Of a stretch of 22,744 bases of DNA, positions 8,806 through 15,966 are shown piece by piece (positions within the stretch are counted from its first letter, which is position 1; each line of letters begins with the position of its first letter). The stretch covers positions 1-22,744 of the forward strand of contig JBGANF010000127.1 in NCBI GenBank assembly GCA_044222475.1. Reading direction: 5' to 3'. The stretch is from Polyangiaceae bacterium. Lineage in GTDB: Bacteria > Myxococcota_A > Polyangia > Polyangiales > Polyangiaceae. The notes beneath the pieces were generated by a model. The model worked only from the letters and a program-made list of their open reading frames with translations. It was not told the DNA's origin and did not search any database. Both the position numbers and the translations under genes were made by a program.

Positions 8806-9870
8806 ATGAGGCGATTCGCGCTTGCACTCCTGATCCTCTCCTGCGCCGCCGGCCCGGCGGTGCCCGCGCGGACCGAGGTCGCCGTCGAATCGCCGCCGCC
8901 ACCCCCACCGGGCGCGTCGGTCGCGCCGTGCGTCGTCTCCGGCAGCGGGGAGACCCGCACGTCGGCGGCTTGGCGCACGGAGCTCGTCCTCCACGAAGAG
9001 AAGACCAAGGACTCGCCGATCGTGCACGTGGTGACGCCCGACGTGGTCGGGGGAACGTGGTCCGAATTTCCCCCCGCCGAGCGCAGCGGGAGGGCCCACC
9101 TCGTGATCGGCGGGGGACCGACGCCGGCCGCCCGCATCGGCGGATGGACCCCGCTCGAAGGGCGGGTCTTCCAGACGCGGCGAGATACCATCGTGGTACG
9201 AGACCACGTCTGGATGTTCGGCACGGAGGTCGTGCTCCGCGGGACCGAGCCGCACACCGGTCGGCTCACCGTCACTCGTCCCACGTTGGGACTCACGACT
9301 CCCGACACGGCCGTCGCGTCGGCCGCGTGCGAAGACCTCGCCTACGAGCGCGACCGGATCGACCCCGAGATCTCCGTCGTCCTCCCGCCGGCGACGAAGC
9401 AAGCGGTCGACTCGACGGTGAAGCTCCGCCCCGCACCCGGCGGGTCGGTCGTCTACACGATCACGCGGTCCAGCGGCGCGCGACTCGTGCTCGCCGTGGC
9501 CGAGGAGCGCGATGGCTGGTTGCGCGTCCTCGGAGCGGTGGACGTGCTCCGGTTCGACGGCTGGATCCCGGCGAACGAGGCGGTACCACTGAGCGGCGGC
9601 GCGGCCGGTCGCCTCGGCGGCTCGCACATCACGCGCCCGCCCACGGTCCACTTCGGTCGGTCGATGATGGTGGCCAAGGAGACTCCGCTCCTGCTCGGGC
9701 ACGACGCCGACGACGCGCGCGCCATCGGCGTGCTGGAGGTCCAGGCCAAGCTGGACGTGACCGGCAACGGGAAGCGCGCCGCGCTCCGCTTCATGCCGCG
9801 CGTCCTCGCCGCCCCCGAAGGTCTCACGTTCTTCGCTGACGAGGCCGATCTCGCAGTGGTCCCGCCGTGA
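8806..9870 (+). CDS. putative lipoprotein of unknown function with SH3b-like segment
   Basis: MRRFALALLILSC signal, Pro linker; VKLRPAPGG...VAEERDGWLRV...FDGWIP resembles bacterial SH3. Alternative start ATG 8794. Confidence 0.6.
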   Translation: MRRFALALLILSCAAGPAVPARTEVAVESPPPPPPGASVAPCVVSGSGETRTSAAWRTELVLHEEKTKDSPIVHVVTPDVVGGTWSEFPPAERSGRAHLVIGGGPTPAARIGGWTPLEGRVFQTRRDTIVVRDHVWMFGTEVVLRGTEPHTGRLTVTRPTLGLTTPDTAVASAACEDLAYERDRIDPEISVVLPPATKQAVDSTVKLRPAPGGSVVYTITRSSGARLVLAVAEERDGWLRVLGAVDVLRFDGWIPANEAVPLSGGAAGRLGGSHITRPPTVHFGRSMMVAKETPLLLGHDADDARAIGVLEVQAKLDVTGNGKRAALRFMPRVLAAPEGLTFFADEADLAVVPP

Positions 9871-9931
9871 CGGTGGCGAAATCCATGAAACGTAGCTAAA
9901 AGATGCGCGCTCCGCCGTCGGTGGAGCACGA

Positions 9932-10005
9932 GCCCCCGTAGCTCAGATGGATAGAGCAAGGCTTTCCTAAAGCCGAGGTCGCAAGTTCGAATCTTGCCGG
10001 GGGCG
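9932..10005 (+). tRNA. tRNA-Arg(CCU)
   Basis: Acceptor GCCCCCG/CGGGGGC, D arm GCTC-AGATGGATA-GAGC (A20), anticodon loop TTCCTAA, T arm GCAAG-TTCGAAT-CTTGC, discriminator G. Followed by CCG, not CCA. Confidence 0.95.
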
Positions 10006-10008
10006 CCG

Positions 10009-10746
10009 TCACTTCTCCGAGTGTAGCTCCCACACTTCGGACACTCGCATCTCGCATGGATGCGGTCCGTCGAGGACGTCTCCACCGGAGTAGCTCACCA
10101 CCAGGAGTCTCGTGCCCTTCGCCGACATGTCTTGGCGCATGTACACCTTGAACGCCTTCTCGCCGGCGTACATGCTCGACGGACCGTTCGTCTTCAGCAG
10201 CGGCCGCATCGGATCGGGTCCCGGGTTGCCGCGAAGGAAGATCAAGAAGCCCTTTGCCTCGCCGGCCGCTTTCCCACCGGCCCGCAGCGTGTCGACGAGA
10301 TCGCCCGTGGTCTTCGCCGCCTTCGTGTCTGCGGGGATGTACACGCCGCCTTTCGCCACCTTCGCGCCGCCGTCGTTCACCCGCACGCGCAAGACGACCA
10401 TGCTCTTCTGCCCGTCCGAGCCGTGCCCGAGCTCGTGACCCCAGCCGAAGTAGATGTTGTCTGGTGTCGTGTCGGCGAGGGGAGCCGCTTTCGCGAACGC
10501 CTCGGCGAGGCGGCAGGCCTCGAGCGTCGGTTTCGCGCAGTACTTCGCTTGCAGCGCGGGCAGATCGACGTCGTCGGGAATCGGCGCGGCAGCGGAAGCG
10601 GACGCGGATGCGGAAGCCGATGCGGAAGCGGACGCGGACGCGGCAGCGGACGCGGCAGCGGACGCAGACGTCGGAGTCGGAGCCTTGCGCGAGCATCCGC
10701 ACCCGAGAACCAACGCCATGAGCCACGCGTGACGACGTAGTGCCAT
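10009..10746 (-). CDS. hypothetical lipoprotein with Ser/Ala linker
   Basis: MALRRHAWLMALVLGCGC signal, (AS)n linker, globular C-terminal part; the stop codon lies 3 nt from the tRNA 3' end. Confidence 0.65.
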   Translation of the reverse strand: MALRRHAWLMALVLGCGCSRKAPTPTSASAAASAAASASASASASASASASAAAPIPDDVDLPALQAKYCAKPTLEACRLAEAFAKAAPLADTTPDNIYFGWGHELGHGSDGQKSMVVLRVRVNDGGAKVAKGGVYIPADTKAAKTTGDLVDTLRAGGKAAGEAKGFLIFLRGNPGPDPMRPLLKTNGPSSMYAGEKAFKVYMRQDMSAKGTRLLVVSYSGGDVLDGPHPCEMRVSEVWELHSEK

Positions 10747-10759
10747 GGGGCCTTATACC

Positions 10760-11239
10760 TCAGCGGTACGGGATCGCGCTCAACGCCGCGACGCGCTTGG
10801 CGAACGCCTCGATGCTGCGCTCGTAGGCCTTCTCGAGGGCCGTCGGCTCGTTCGGCGCGCCGAGCAGGCCGCGCTGGCGCGCGAAGTACTCGCCGATGCC
10901 GAAGCCGCTCATCACCTCGCCGACGATCTCGATCCGCGTCCCGTGCGGGGTCGCCTCGAGACTGGCGCGATCGAAGAAGAGACCGCTGGCGATGCGCGTC
11001 TCCACCGCGAGCAACACGTTGGGGCGAAACCCGGTCACCTCGGCGACGCCGCGGATCGGCTTCTTGTCCGCGCGCCACGTGAGGTCGACGACCGTCGCCT
11101 CGGCGAGCGGAGCGTCCACCCGCGCGCGCGCCTCGACGAGCCCTTCGACCCAGCTCGTGAAGCCCGCCACGTCCACGAGGGCTTCCCACACCACCTCGGG
11201 CCGGCGTGGGATCTCTCGCTCCACCGTGACGTAGCGCAT
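10760..11239 (-). CDS. SRPBCC/START (polyketide cyclase/dehydrase-like) family protein
   Basis: VTVEREIPRRPEVVWEALVD...SWVEG N-terminus, GTRIEI, C-terminal long helix; 159 aa. Confidence 0.8.
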   Translation of the reverse strand: MRYVTVEREIPRRPEVVWEALVDVAGFTSWVEGLVEARARVDAPLAEATVVDLTWRADKKPIRGVAEVTGFRPNVLLAVETRIASGLFFDRASLEATPHGTRIEIVGEVMSGFGIGEYFARQRGLLGAPNEPTALEKAYERSIEAFAKRVAALSAIPYR

Positions 11240-11270
11240 CCAGCGGCGAGGATACGCCGCCGGGTTTTCG

Positions 11271-11933
11271 TCAGCTCACGGATTGTGTGGCGCCCTGCAC
11301 GTCGATGTGAAACCGCTCGCGCAGCGCGACGAGCGGCACGTCCCACAGCTCGTTCCAGCGCACGCCGAACAACGGCTTGGCGCGCTTGCCCATCACGTAT
11401 CCGCGCGCGACCTCGTGCAGGCGCGCGTCGCGATCCTCGAACTGGTCCTTGCCCATGAGGAGCTCGAGGAATCCGGCCGAGAGGATCATCGCCGACAGCC
11501 GCGCCGGACCGCCCTGCCCCAGATAGAACGCCTGGAGCCCGAGCTCGCCCGCCTTGTCGGTCTCGAAGCCGGTGAGCACGTGCCAGAGGTCGTGCGTCTC
11601 GTAGTAGTGGGCGAAGATGAACTCGCCCGGATCGCGCGACTCCATGAGCGGGATGTCGTTCGGATCGAGCTGGTTCTTCGCCAGGAAGTCGGCGAACTCG
11701 CGGCCGAGCGTCCCCTCGGGCAACGCGCCCAGCGCAGCGAGGTCGAGGCGACCGAGGCGCGGTCGATCGAGCAGCGCCTTGGCGCCCCCCGGGAGCTTCT
11801 GGTGCCACGCGACTCCCTCTTCGTAGAGCTTGGGATCACGAAGAGTTTCGGCGAACTTGAAGACCTCGTTCAGGCGATTCAGGTCGCGGGACAGGCGGAC
11901 GAAGCTCACGGTGGCGCGCACGCTCTCGAACAT
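11271..11933 (-). CDS. COQ4-like protein
   Basis: LGALPEGTLGREFADFL, and HDLWH-x11-E zinc motif (HDLWHVLTGFETDKAGE) followed by LGLQAF. AAGGA RBS before ATG 11933. Confidence 0.88.
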   Translation of the reverse strand: MFESVRATVSFVRLSRDLNRLNEVFKFAETLRDPKLYEEGVAWHQKLPGGAKALLDRPRLGRLDLAALGALPEGTLGREFADFLAKNQLDPNDIPLMESRDPGEFIFAHYYETHDLWHVLTGFETDKAGELGLQAFYLGQGGPARLSAMILSAGFLELLMGKDQFEDRDARLHEVARGYVMGKRAKPLFGVRWNELWDVPLVALRERFHIDVQGATQSVS

Positions 11934-11961
11934 GGCTGGATCCTTTCTCTCGGAGGTGCTG

Positions 11962-11991
11962 GACAACATGTGAGCGATGACTCATGTTGTC
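11962..11991. promoter_or_regulatory. palindromic operator, probable TetR binding site
   Basis: GACAACATG-N12-CATGTTGTC with inner TGAG/CTCA, in the 80-bp divergent gap between the COQ4-like gene and tetR. Confidence 0.6.
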
Positions 11992-12013
11992 GACTCGCAT
12001 CCGGAGGGGAGTC

Positions 12014-12631
12014 ATGGCCCATAGAATCCGCACGAATCCGCGAAAATTGCCGAAGCAACGCCGCTCCGGCGAGACGGTGGAGATCATCCTCCAAGCGACC
12101 GCTCGCATTTTGGTGTCCGACGGCTACGACCGAGCCAGCACGAACCGCATCGCGTTGGCCGCCGGCGTCAGCATCGGCTCGCTCTACCAGTACTTCCCCA
12201 ACAAGGAAGCGCTGGTCGCCGCTTTGTGCGAGCGCCACGTCGGCGAGATGCTGGCGATCTGCGAAGGCAAGCTCGCAGAGCTCGTCACCGCTCCCCTCCC
12301 CGTCGCCGCGCGCGAGATCGTACGCGCGCTCCTCCGCGCCCACGCGGTCGAGCCGAAGCTCCACAAGGTGCTCATCGAGCAGGTGCCGCGCGTCGGTCGG
12401 CTGTGCGCGATCAACGACGTGAGCGACCGCATGACGACCGTCGTCCGGGCGTACCTGGAGTCACGGCGCGACGAGCTGCGCCCGCAGAACCTCGAGGTCG
12501 CGGCGTTCATCCTCGTGCGCGCGGTCGAAGCAGTCGCCCACGCGACGGTGATCGAGCGCCCCGAGTACTTGGTCGACGGCGAGCTCGCCGACGAGCTGGC
12601 GGAGCTCGTCCTCCGCTACGCGAAGAGCTAG
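12014..12631 (+). CDS. TetR/AcrR family transcriptional regulator
   Basis: PRKLPKQRRSGETVEIILQATARIL...STNRIALAAGVSIGSLYQYFPNKEAL HTH; GGAGG RBS before ATG 12014. Confidence 0.95.
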   Translation: MAHRIRTNPRKLPKQRRSGETVEIILQATARILVSDGYDRASTNRIALAAGVSIGSLYQYFPNKEALVAALCERHVGEMLAICEGKLAELVTAPLPVAAREIVRALLRAHAVEPKLHKVLIEQVPRVGRLCAINDVSDRMTTVVRAYLESRRDELRPQNLEVAAFILVRAVEAVAHATVIERPEYLVDGELADELAELVLRYAKS

Positions 12632-12656
12632 CGGCTTCGCGACCCGCCAGCGTTCC

Positions 12657-12768
12657 CGAAAGAACCGCAAGGACGAGGAGAACGCAAGGACGCAAGGAGA
12701 GAAGGACGGCCCCTCCTCTCTTCTCTTTGCGTCCTCGTGCTTCTCCTCGTCCTTGCGGTTTCTCTTCG
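12657..12768. repeat. long imperfect palindrome (REP/MITE-like) between convergent genes
   Basis: AACCGCAAGGACGAGGAGAA (12663-12682) is the exact reverse complement of 12741-12760; the inner arms pair imperfectly for about 20 more bp. Confidence 0.75.
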
Positions 12769-12800
12769 AGACGCCAGCTCGACACGATGCGCCGGCGGCC

Positions 12801-12835
12801 AAAAAAAACGGCGCGCGCTCGGAGAGCACGCGCCG
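12801..12835 (-). terminator. Rho-independent terminator of the G/P/Y/Q-rich gene
   Basis: Minus strand CGGCGCGTGCTC-TCC-GAGCGCGCGCCG followed by T8; 12-bp stem with one U-G pair, about 22 nt after the stop at 12858. Confidence 0.85.
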
Positions 12836-12857
12836 CTTTCGTATCGCGTCGACTTCG

Positions 12858-13700
12858 TCAGAAGACGAACGCGAACATCAATCCTTGGAGCAAGCCGAGG
12901 ATCATGACCGCGCCGACCACGATGCGCCCCCACATCGGGGCCTTCGTTCCGTCGGCCTGCTTCTGCGGCTGGCCGAGGATCAGCATCCAGATGCCGCCCC
13001 AGAAGAGCGGGAACGAGATGATGTAGAGGTACGGGAACCAGATGTGGAGGACGTAGATGACGATCTCGGAGAGGATGAAGATTCCGAATCCGAGACCGGC
13101 CGCCATCGCCCCGAACTTGCGCGGGCTCGCGAAGCCTTCGCCGCTGACGAGCGCCGACTGAATGGCGTGGATGTTGAAGTCACCCATACCGACGCTGATG
13201 TTCGGACGGCCACCGGGGCCGATGCCGATGCCACCGAACGACGGACCCTGCGGGCCCTGCTGCTGCTGCTGCTGCATCGGCTGACCCTGCGGCGCGCCGT
13301 ATCCCGGAGGAGCGCCACCCGGCGGCGGGTAACCGCCACCGCCACCAGGAGGTGCGCCCGGAGGCGGACCACCGTAGCCACCCGGAGGAGCGCCGCCTTG
13401 CGGCGGGCCGCCGTAGCCACCCGGAGGTGCACCGCCACCCGGCGGCGGATAGCCACCGCCCGGCGGATAACCACCACCTGGAGCCATGCCGTAACCCTGT
13501 TGTGCCGACCCGTTCATCTGTCCTCCTCCGTACTGCGGCGCCCCTGCCTGTTGCGGAAAGCCCGCCGAGGGAGCTTGATAACCCGCCGGAGGTGCACCGC
13601 CGTAACCTTGCGGAGAGGCCTGAGGCGCCGCACCCTGCTGACCTTGCGGCATCAACATGGTGCCGCCTTTCCAATTCGGATTCCCCGGGGGTTGGTTCAT
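12858..13700 (-). CDS. membrane protein with long Gly/Pro/Tyr/Gln-rich disordered N-terminus and three C-terminal TM helices
   Basis: PPGGGY/GGPPQGG repeats, a poly-Q run, then three hydrophobic segments. Start ATG 13700 (or 13721). Confidence 0.75.
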   Translation of the reverse strand: MNQPPGNPNWKGGTMLMPQGQQGAAPQASPQGYGGAPPAGYQAPSAGFPQQAGAPQYGGGQMNGSAQQGYGMAPGGGYPPGGGYPPPGGGAPPGGYGGPPQGGAPPGGYGGPPPGAPPGGGGGYPPPGGAPPGYGAPQGQPMQQQQQQGPQGPSFGGIGIGPGGRPNISVGMGDFNIHAIQSALVSGEGFASPRKFGAMAAGLGFGIFILSEIVIYVLHIWFPYLYIISFPLFWGGIWMLILGQPQKQADGTKAPMWGRIVVGAVMILGLLQGLMFAFVF

Positions 13701-13914
13701 GTCGGGCAGCGTAGCGTCCATGCACCCATACCTGTCACCAATTTTCTTTGGGTGCGCGCATGTAAGTCGGGCGCGGTCCCGCGACGTTTCGTTCGTGGCC
13801 TGCATCGCCGGAGTCCGGCGAGCGCGCTGTCTGGCCGCTGCCGCAGGACCGCGCCCTGCGACCTACTACGCACGAGGAATTCGGCCGGTTTCGCCGGTGC
13901 TACGGTGGTGGCCG

Positions 13915-14343
13915 ATGAAGACGCTCTCGGCAGTTTGTTGCGCGCTCTTGCTTGGCGGGTGTTCGAACGCGGACGGTGGAGCCACCGATGCGAGCGTCCT
14001 ACCGGACGGACGGAACGACGCGAGCGACGCCGGCCTCGATGCGATCACCGACGCCGCCGCGTGCACGCTCGTCAAACCGTATTCGTCGAAGAATGTAGTC
14101 TGCAATCAATGCGCGCAGACGAAGTGTTGCGCCGAGATCAACGGATGCCTCGGCGATCCCAAGTGCGACGACGAGTACGTGAACTGCATCCTCGCGTGTG
14201 CGTTGCTCCCCGCAGACGCCGGCGCCGACGCCGGGATCAAGACGTGCCTCGATCAGTGCGCGAAGGATTTCCCCGTCGGCAAGGCCGAGTACGACGTCGC
14301 GATCGGCTGCGCCGAGACGAAGTGCAGCGTCGAGTGCAAGTGA
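13915..14343 (+). CDS. Cys-rich lipoprotein (myxobacterial type)
   Basis: MKTLSAVCCALLLGGC lipobox, DA-rich linker, then 14 Cys in about 90 aa with CxxC/CC/CxxxC spacing. Confidence 0.75.
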   Translation: MKTLSAVCCALLLGGCSNADGGATDASVLPDGRNDASDAGLDAITDAAACTLVKPYSSKNVVCNQCAQTKCCAEINGCLGDPKCDDEYVNCILACALLPADAGADAGIKTCLDQCAKDFPVGKAEYDVAIGCAETKCSVECK

Positions 14344-14380
14344 GTCAGGTCGTCGGCCGAGATGCGTCGGTAGCGCGGTC

Positions 14381-15787
14381 ATGAGCTTCAAGGCGTGGGT
14401 CCAGAAAGTCGGCGACGCGTGCTACGTGCTCCCGCGCACGGGCGCGATGCGTGTCGACGCGCGTGCGTTCTTCTCCGAGGAGCTCTTCGAAGCTTCGGAG
14501 GAGATCACGTGGCGTCAACTCGCCCACGCCGCGTCGTACGAGGGCGTGATCGGCGCGTACTTGATGCCCGACGCGCACGCGGGCTTCGGCGTCCCGGTGG
14601 GCTGCGTGCTCGTCACCGAGGACACGATCCTCCAGGCCGGCTCGGGCTACGACATCTCGTGCGGCGTGCTCTACCTCCGCGTGCCGGAGCTCGGACCGGA
14701 GAAGGTGCAGGACTGGAACGCACGCCGCGCCTGGATCGACGCCGTGGAGCAGCGCGTCGCGACCGGCATCGGCTCGAAGCGCCCTCCGCGCATGAAGAAG
14801 TTCCAACCGCGCGACGCGGAGAAGGTCCTGCGCTACGGCGCGAAGGCCCTCGGCGTACGCGCCGAGCTGTGCGAGCGGCAGTACATCCCGGTGCCCGAGG
14901 ACCTCGACCTCGACGCGATCGGACGCGCGCGAGAGAAGGTGCTTCCGCAGCTCGGCTCGGTCGGCGGTGGAAACCACTTCATCGAGATGCAGCTCGACGC
15001 GAAGACGGGCGAGACGTTCGTGATGATCCACTGCGGCTCGCGCGGGTACGGCTGGCAGACGGCCAACCACTTCTTCTACGAGGGCGCGCGCGCGCGCAAG
15101 CTGCCGACGAACCGGCGCGAGGACTCGTGGCTGCGCATCGACGAGGAGATCGGCGCGCGCTACTGGGCGCACCACAACAGCGCCGCGAACTTCGCGGTCG
15201 CCAACCGTCACGTCATCGCCGAGGGCGTGCAGGACGCGCTCGAGAAGGTCTTCGGCGTTCGCGGCGAGGTCTACTACGAGATCTCGCACAACCTCGTTCA
15301 AGAGGAGACGCTCGTCCTCCCCGACGGGACGACGAAGCGAGGCTTCGTCCACCGCAAGGGAGCGACGCGGGCGTTCCCCGCAGGGCACCCGGATCTCGTC
15401 GGCACGCGGTGGGAGACGACCGGCCACCCGTGCTTGATCCCGGGCTCCATGCTCGACGGCGCGGCGATCCTGTTCGCGAGCGGGGGCGCGTCGAAGAGCG
15501 CGTACTCGGTGAACCATGGCTCCGGTCGCGTGCTCGCTCGCGGCGAGGCGAAGCGCCGGCTCGAGCGCGAGCAGGGCACCATCGACGCCGAGATGCGCCA
15601 CGTGACGCGCGCTTTCGGTGGCGTCCGCGTGACCGGGATCGTCGGGAACACGAAGACGACGCCGCTCGACGAGTGCGGCCGCGTCTACAAGGACCTCGAC
15701 TCGGTGCTCGCCGTGCTCGAAGCGGAAGACATCGCGAAGGTCGCGCATCGGATGTACCCGGTCGCGAACATCAAGGGGATGGACTGA
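14381..15787 (+). CDS. rtcB: RtcB family RNA 3'-phosphate/5'-OH ligase
   Basis: MPDAHAGFGVPVG, GYDISCG, GGGNHFIE, IHCGSRG, SHN, HRKGATRAFPAGHP, IPGSM, NHGSGR, DE...YKD and terminal IKG; metal and guanylylation motifs all present. Confidence 0.95.
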   Translation: MSFKAWVQKVGDACYVLPRTGAMRVDARAFFSEELFEASEEITWRQLAHAASYEGVIGAYLMPDAHAGFGVPVGCVLVTEDTILQAGSGYDISCGVLYLRVPELGPEKVQDWNARRAWIDAVEQRVATGIGSKRPPRMKKFQPRDAEKVLRYGAKALGVRAELCERQYIPVPEDLDLDAIGRAREKVLPQLGSVGGGNHFIEMQLDAKTGETFVMIHCGSRGYGWQTANHFFYEGARARKLPTNRREDSWLRIDEEIGARYWAHHNSAANFAVANRHVIAEGVQDALEKVFGVRGEVYYEISHNLVQEETLVLPDGTTKRGFVHRKGATRAFPAGHPDLVGTRWETTGHPCLIPGSMLDGAAILFASGGASKSAYSVNHGSGRVLARGEAKRRLEREQGTIDAEMRHVTRAFGGVRVTGIVGNTKTTPLDECGRVYKDLDSVLAVLEAEDIAKVAHRMYPVANIKGMD

Positions 15788-15845
15788 GGCACGAGCTTCG
15801 CGACGAAGGCATCCGTGCAAGCGCTTCGATCCATGGCGCGACTCC

Positions 15846-15930
15846 AGCGGTTGCGGGAACGGGAGCGGGAGCTCCCGAGCGACGACCTCACGACGGGCAT
15901 GAGGGCACGCTACCTGCGACCGCTCTTTTC
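15846..15930 (+). ncRNA. candidate structured RNA (three-way junction) between rtcB and fabH
   Basis: P1 AGCGGTTGCGGG/CCTGCGACCGCT (12 bp, two G-U), P2 CGGGAGC-GGGA-GCTCCCG (GNRA loop), P3 AGCG..CCTCA-loop-TGAGG..CGCT, then CTTTTC. No family recognised. Confidence 0.3.
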
Positions 15931-15966
15931 TGTTACGAACTCAGCATCGCTCTCGGAGGAGTTTCC

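Noticed and set aside
10590..10670. GCGGA(A/C/T) hexamer tandem repeats
   Set aside because: They encode a Ser/Ala linker in the lipoprotein with synonymous variation; not CRISPR or a non-coding repeat
9932..12768. tRNA as an integration site of a genomic island
   Set aside because: No integrase, no duplicated tRNA 3' end seen in the window, and no obvious compositional shift
13250..13490. Repeated CCGCCACC/CCGGAGG units and a CTG run
   Set aside because: Coding Gly/Pro/Gln repeats; no repeat-spacer structure
9932..15787. Functional link between tRNA-Arg and rtcB
   Set aside because: They are 4.4 kb apart with unrelated genes and a terminator between; the tRNA has no intron
15846..15930. 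Hammerhead, c-di-GMP riboswitch, SRP or tRNA identity for the rtcB-fabH intergenic structure
   Set aside because: The diagnostic cores (CUGANGA/GAAA, GCAAA, GGAA-AGCAG, T-arm in a cloverleaf) are absent
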